A DNA stretch of 53,036 nt from Planctomycetota bacterium. GTDB taxonomy: Bacteria; Planctomycetota; Phycisphaerae; Phycisphaerales; UBA1924. Positions within the stretch are counted from its first letter, which is position 1. Each line of letters begins with the position of its first letter. The notes under the pieces are model-generated. The model was not told the origin of the DNA. It did not search any database and was given only the letters and a program-made list of their open reading frames with translations. The translations under genes were made by a program, and so were the position numbers. The stretch is from NCBI GenBank assembly GCA_039179915.1, contig JBCDEF010000001.1:1-53036 (forward strand), in the 5' to 3' direction. Of the stretch, positions 49,456-53,036 are shown one piece after another.

Positions 49456-50214
49456 GTGCCTGCCGACCGACCCGATCTCGACTCGATCCTCTGCGGCCGG
49501 TGCGGCTACCCGCTCGACGAGGTGCTCGGCGAACCGGCATGCCCCGAGTGCGGCAGACTCATCTCCGAATCGATTCCCGCGTACCGCACCGGATCACCCT
49601 GGCAACGGCACCCGGGGGTCGCCGGCTGGCTGGCGACCGCCGCGGCGATGGTGCGCTGGCAGCATCTGTTCGACCGTGTCACGCCGCGGCCGGAGCGTCG
49701 GCTGCTGGCTTTGAATCTTGTGCTCGCCGGCACGTTGGTCGCCATGGGCTATCTCGTGCCGGACGTTCAGCGAGCCGGCGCACTGCCGGGACCCGGGTGG
49801 GGCGGCGTGCTCGGGGCGTTTTTGCTCCTGCTGCCGATCGCAGTCACCGGGCTCTGGATGCTCACCGCCATCGAGGCGGCCGGACTTCGGTTCTTCGGCG
49901 ATCGCCGGGGCGGGCGGGTGACCAGACCGATCGCCCAGGTGGTTGTTGCGCACGCCTCGTTCGGCTGGGTGGTCGCGGGGGCGCTGTCGCTGGTCGGCGG
50001 CTGGCTGGGCCAGACCGTCTTGTATGTCCCGGTGGACCGTGTCACCGGTGGCTGGCTAATCGATGTGCTCCGGCCGCACGTGCTCGTCGGCGGACTCGGG
50101 TTCTTCCTCGGGCTGGTGATTTTCGAGACCCTGAGCTATCTCGGCCTGACGCGGTGCCGGTTTGCGAATCCCGAACACCAGAAAACCGAACCTAGTGTTG
50201 ACCACAATGTTTGA
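49456..50214 (+). CDS. polytopic membrane protein with N-terminal CxxCGY...CPECG zinc ribbon (paralogue 2)
   Basis: LCGRCGYPLDEVLGEPACPECG followed by ~5 hydrophobic helices. GTG start 10 nt after paralogue 1. It overlaps the ispG start by 8 nt. Confidence 0.7.
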   Translation: MPADRPDLDSILCGRCGYPLDEVLGEPACPECGRLISESIPAYRTGSPWQRHPGVAGWLATAAAMVRWQHLFDRVTPRPERRLLALNLVLAGTLVAMGYLVPDVQRAGALPGPGWGGVLGAFLLLLPIAVTGLWMLTAIEAAGLRFFGDRRGGRVTRPIAQVVVAHASFGWVVAGALSLVGGWLGQTVLYVPVDRVTGGWLIDVLRPHVLVGGLGFFLGLVIFETLSYLGLTRCRFANPEHQKTEPSVDHNV

Positions 50215-51514
50215 ACGACGCCCCACACGACAGATCAGCCTCGGCAACGAGCGGACGGGCATCGTCCGCGTGGGCGGCGGGCTGCCCGATGCCGACGGCA
50301 ACCCGACCGAGCCCGCGCCGGTCTCGGTCCAGACCATGACCGCCGGCTATACCTACGAGATCGACTCGTGCGTGGCGGAGATCAACCGGCTCGCGGCGGC
50401 CGGAGCGGACGTGGTCCGCGTGGCCGTGCCCGAAAAGAAAGACACCGCGGCCCTGCCCGAGATTCTGGCGCAGACCTCGGTCCCGATCGTCGCGGATGTG
50501 CACTTCCACTTCCAGCGTGCGCTCGAGGCCGTCGAAGCCGGCGTGCACAAGATCCGGCTGAACCCGGGCAACATCAGCGACCGCGAGCAGGTCAACGCCG
50601 TCATCGACGCGTGCAAGGACGCGGGCATCCCGATCCGCGTGGGCGTCAACGAGGGCTCGATCATCGAGCGCAAGGACAAGCAGAAACGCAAGGAAGAGCT
50701 CGGCAGCTTCTTCGAGAAATCCAAGCTCGGCGGCAAGCACGCCCACCTGCTCGCGCTGATCATCGCCAAGCTCGAAGAATACATGGAGATCTTCGAAGAG
50801 CGCGACTTCCGCGACGTCGCGATCAGCTGCAAGTCGATGGACGCCGCGTTCACCGTGGCCGCCTACCGGGAAGTCAGCAAGCGGTTCGACCACCCGCTGC
50901 ACCTGGGCGTGACCCACGCGGGCCCGAAAGAGACCGGCTGCATCCGCTCGATCGCGGCGCTCTCGGGCCTGCTCACCCAGGGTATCGGCGACACGGTCCG
51001 GATCAGCTACGCCAACGACCCGGTCTACGAAGTCGAGGACGGGCTGGAACTGGTCTACTCGCTGGGCCTCCGCGAACGCAAGGGCGCGGAGCTGATCGCC
51101 TGCCCGACGTGCGGGCGGATCCAGGTCGACCTGTTCACGCTGGTGCAGGACGTGCGGAAGAAGCTCGAGAGCGAGATCACGGTGCCGATGAAGGTCGCGG
51201 TGATGGGCTGCGTGGTCAACGGGCCGGGCGAGGCCGAGGGCGCCGATGTCGCGGTCTTTGCGGGCAACAAGCGCGGCATCATCTATGTGCAGGGCGAAAA
51301 GGTCGCCAACATCCCCGAGGAAGAGATCCTTGACCGGCTGCTGGCCGAGTGCCAAGCGTTCCAACGCGAGGTGCTCGAGGGCCGGGTCACGCTGGGCGAA
51401 AAGCGTGTCGAGATCGTGCCGCCGGACCCGATCGGCGAGCTCGGCTCAGGGATCGACAGGATCGCGCGGGGCGAGGTGGACTCGCCCACGCGGCTGACGG
51501 TGGGCGAATCCTGA
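50207..51514 (+). CDS. ispG: 4-hydroxy-3-methylbut-2-en-1-yl diphosphate synthase IspG (GcpE)
   Basis: VSVQTMT...VRVAVP...VPIVADVHF...IRLNPGN...IRVGVNEGS, and the Cys ligands CPTCGR and GCVVNGPGE. Confidence 0.95.
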   Translation: MFERRPTRQISLGNERTGIVRVGGGLPDADGNPTEPAPVSVQTMTAGYTYEIDSCVAEINRLAAAGADVVRVAVPEKKDTAALPEILAQTSVPIVADVHFHFQRALEAVEAGVHKIRLNPGNISDREQVNAVIDACKDAGIPIRVGVNEGSIIERKDKQKRKEELGSFFEKSKLGGKHAHLLALIIAKLEEYMEIFEERDFRDVAISCKSMDAAFTVAAYREVSKRFDHPLHLGVTHAGPKETGCIRSIAALSGLLTQGIGDTVRISYANDPVYEVEDGLELVYSLGLRERKGAELIACPTCGRIQVDLFTLVQDVRKKLESEITVPMKVAVMGCVVNGPGEAEGADVAVFAGNKRGIIYVQGEKVANIPEEEILDRLLAECQAFQREVLEGRVTLGEKRVEIVPPDPIGELGSGIDRIARGEVDSPTRLTVGES

Positions 51515-51556
51515 AAGCCGCCGGCCCGGCGCCCGAATCACGACGATGAGAACACC

Positions 51557-52426
51557 ATGACCAGAGACGCCGCGCCAGCCGACCGTCCTCGATTCGGACC
51601 GCGTTTCCGGAAGCTCACCATGATCGCCACGCTCTCTGCCACCTTCGCCGCCGCCGCCGGCTGCCTCGCGCGCAGCGGGCCGACGGAATCGTTCGAGATC
51701 ACCGCGGCGGAGGCCCGACAGGACCGCACCCGCATGCGGGCCGCGCCGGTCGCCCTCGACCGACCCGTCGTCGTGCTCGCCGGCTACCGCGCCTTCCCGA
51801 CGCTCGCCTACCAGGTCGTCTGGCGGCTTGCACCGATGACCAGCGGGAGCCAGGACGACTTCCTGCCGATCTCGTACACCTTCCAGACCGACATCGAGAA
51901 GATCGCCGCCGAGGCTATCCGGCAGATCGACGAACGCTGGCCCAGCGACGACCCGGACCGGACGATCGAAGTCGACGTCGTGGGCGTCTCGATGGGCGGG
52001 CTCGTCGCGCGGACCGCGGCGCTGCCGATGGGTGAGCTGCCCGGCGGCGAGGAGATCCGCACCAAGCGGCTTCGCATCAACACGCTCTACAGCATGGGCT
52101 CGCCGCACATGGGCGCCAAGCTGGCCAACGTGATCGCGCCCGACAGCGCCGCCCGCAACATGAAGCCTGGCTCGGCGTTCATCAAATCGCTCAACGGCGC
52201 GCTCCCCGAGCGTGACTACGCGATCGTGCCGTACGCCGTGCTCAACGACAACTGGGTGGGCGCGACCAATTCCGCGCCGCCCGGCTTCGACCCGATCTGG
52301 ACGCCCGGCACCCACGCCTTCAGCCATTTCATGATCACGCGTGACGAGCGGATCATGGCCGACACCGCCCGCCGGCTCCGCGGCGAGGACCCGATCGGCA
52401 CGCCGTCGCCCGCGCCGCGGGACTGA
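51557..52426 (+). CDS. alpha/beta-fold hydrolase (lipase/esterase-like), probable lipoprotein
   Basis: Nucleophile elbow VVGVSMGGLVAR. The N-terminus carries the lipobox-like FAAAAGC. The start could alternatively be the ATG at 51620. Confidence 0.7.
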   Translation: MTRDAAPADRPRFGPRFRKLTMIATLSATFAAAAGCLARSGPTESFEITAAEARQDRTRMRAAPVALDRPVVVLAGYRAFPTLAYQVVWRLAPMTSGSQDDFLPISYTFQTDIEKIAAEAIRQIDERWPSDDPDRTIEVDVVGVSMGGLVARTAALPMGELPGGEEIRTKRLRINTLYSMGSPHMGAKLANVIAPDSAARNMKPGSAFIKSLNGALPERDYAIVPYAVLNDNWVGATNSAPPGFDPIWTPGTHAFSHFMITRDERIMADTARRLRGEDPIGTPSPAPRD

Positions 52427-52453
52427 CCCACGCCCGCTGAATCCGGCCTGCGC

Positions 52454-53036
52454 CTAATCGACAGAGAGCATCCGCCGAGCGACCCGCGTCGCCCGCGCCC
52501 GCTCCGACGGATGCCCGTTCCGCGTGGCCAGCGCAGCGACCACCGCGCCAATCTCAGGCCAAGCCGAGCCCGCCATCGGCTTGAGCTCGACCGCGCTCCG
52601 CTCGAGCGCCCAGAGCCCGGCCGCCCGTGGCAACGCCTCCGCCTGGCCCAACAAGTCGACCAGTGCGGCGACCACAGTTGGCCCGGGCGGTCCGTGTCGG
52701 GCCGCGCTCACGAGCGCCGTCGCCCGCGGCCGGTGGTGCCGGTCTCCGAGCAGCGGCTCGATGGCAAACGCCCCACCGCGGCGCTGAGCGATCGCCGAGG
52801 CGGCCTCGATCGCGTTGCTACGGACCCGCGCATCGGTGTGGCCGAGCAGTTCGGCGACCAGCTCGGCCGCGTCGTCGTGATCAGCCGTGCCGAGCGCGGT
52901 CGCGGCCGCGGCTGTCAACCGATCGTCGCCGGTGCGTGAGGCGTTCGCGAGCGCGGGCAGCAGCCGGCCCGCCAGACCAAGCCTCGCCGCCAGCAGAACG
53001 GCCCGGACATCTCCGAACTTTAACCCGGCCTCGAGC
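52454..53036 (-). CDS. HEAT/armadillo-repeat protein, 5'-truncated by the window end
   Basis: The frame is open to nt 53036. HEAT-like repeats (LLGHTDARVRSNAIEAAS; ALVDLLGQAEALPRAAGLWAL). Confidence 0.6.
   Translation of the reverse strand, partial: LEAGLKFGDVRAVLLAARLGLAGRLLPALANASRTGDDRLTAAAATALGTADHDDAAELVAELLGHTDARVRSNAIEAASAIAQRRGGAFAIEPLLGDRHHRPRATALVSAARHGPPGPTVVAALVDLLGQAEALPRAAGLWALERSAVELKPMAGSAWPEIGAVVAALATRNGHPSERARATRVARRMLSVD

Overview
Very GC-rich (about 70% by eye) bacterial chromosomal window. The gene content (LpxI, many lipoproteins, CxxCGY...CPECG zinc-ribbon membrane proteins, polar-flagellum FlhF/FlhG) suggests a Planctomycetota/Phycisphaerae-like organism; this is inference only. 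The core is a ~28 kb block of 31 co-directional minus-strand genes (35985 down to 8089) forming a flagellar superoperon: FlgN-like, histidine kinase, sigma-54 activator, flgB, flgC, fliE, fliF, fliG, fliH, fliI, fliJ, ylxF/flbB-like, fliK, flgD, small flagellar operon protein, flgE, flbD, motA, motB, fliL, fliN, fliO, fliP, fliQ, fliR, flhB, flhA, flhF, flhG, small 2-TM protein, fliA. The order matches the Bacillus/spirochaete type, except that fliM is missing from its canonical fliL-fliN slot. The block appears to be segmented by four sigma-54-type promoter motifs (upstream of flgB, fliK, fliO and the fliA-proximal small gene) plus one sigma-28-type motif. Directly upstream and co-directional lies an uncharacterised envelope operon (small zinc-ribbon protein, unknown protein, LolA-like lipoprotein, RDD-domain membrane protein, 866-aa TM-anchored TPR protein). 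I consider it the best candidate for undescribed flagellar-motor/envelope accessory machinery. Other accessory-looking spots are a secreted Cys-containing protein with an extreme Arg/His/Trp tail, divergent from a TPR-like plus membrane-tethered ECF-like sigma pair behind an ECF-type promoter, and two tandem zinc-ribbon polytopic membrane paralogues coupled to ispG. Flanking housekeeping genes are an orphan nuoC, TolB-like, xerC/D, folK, lpxI, tlyA-like, obg, PilZ, Fur-family, GNAT, ispG, an alpha/beta hydrolase and a HEAT-repeat protein. I saw no rRNA, tRNA, CRISPR array, transposase or prophage genes. The many long ORFs antisense to real genes are high-GC shadow ORFs. All promoter and hairpin calls are motif or visual matches and need experimental or PWM confirmation.
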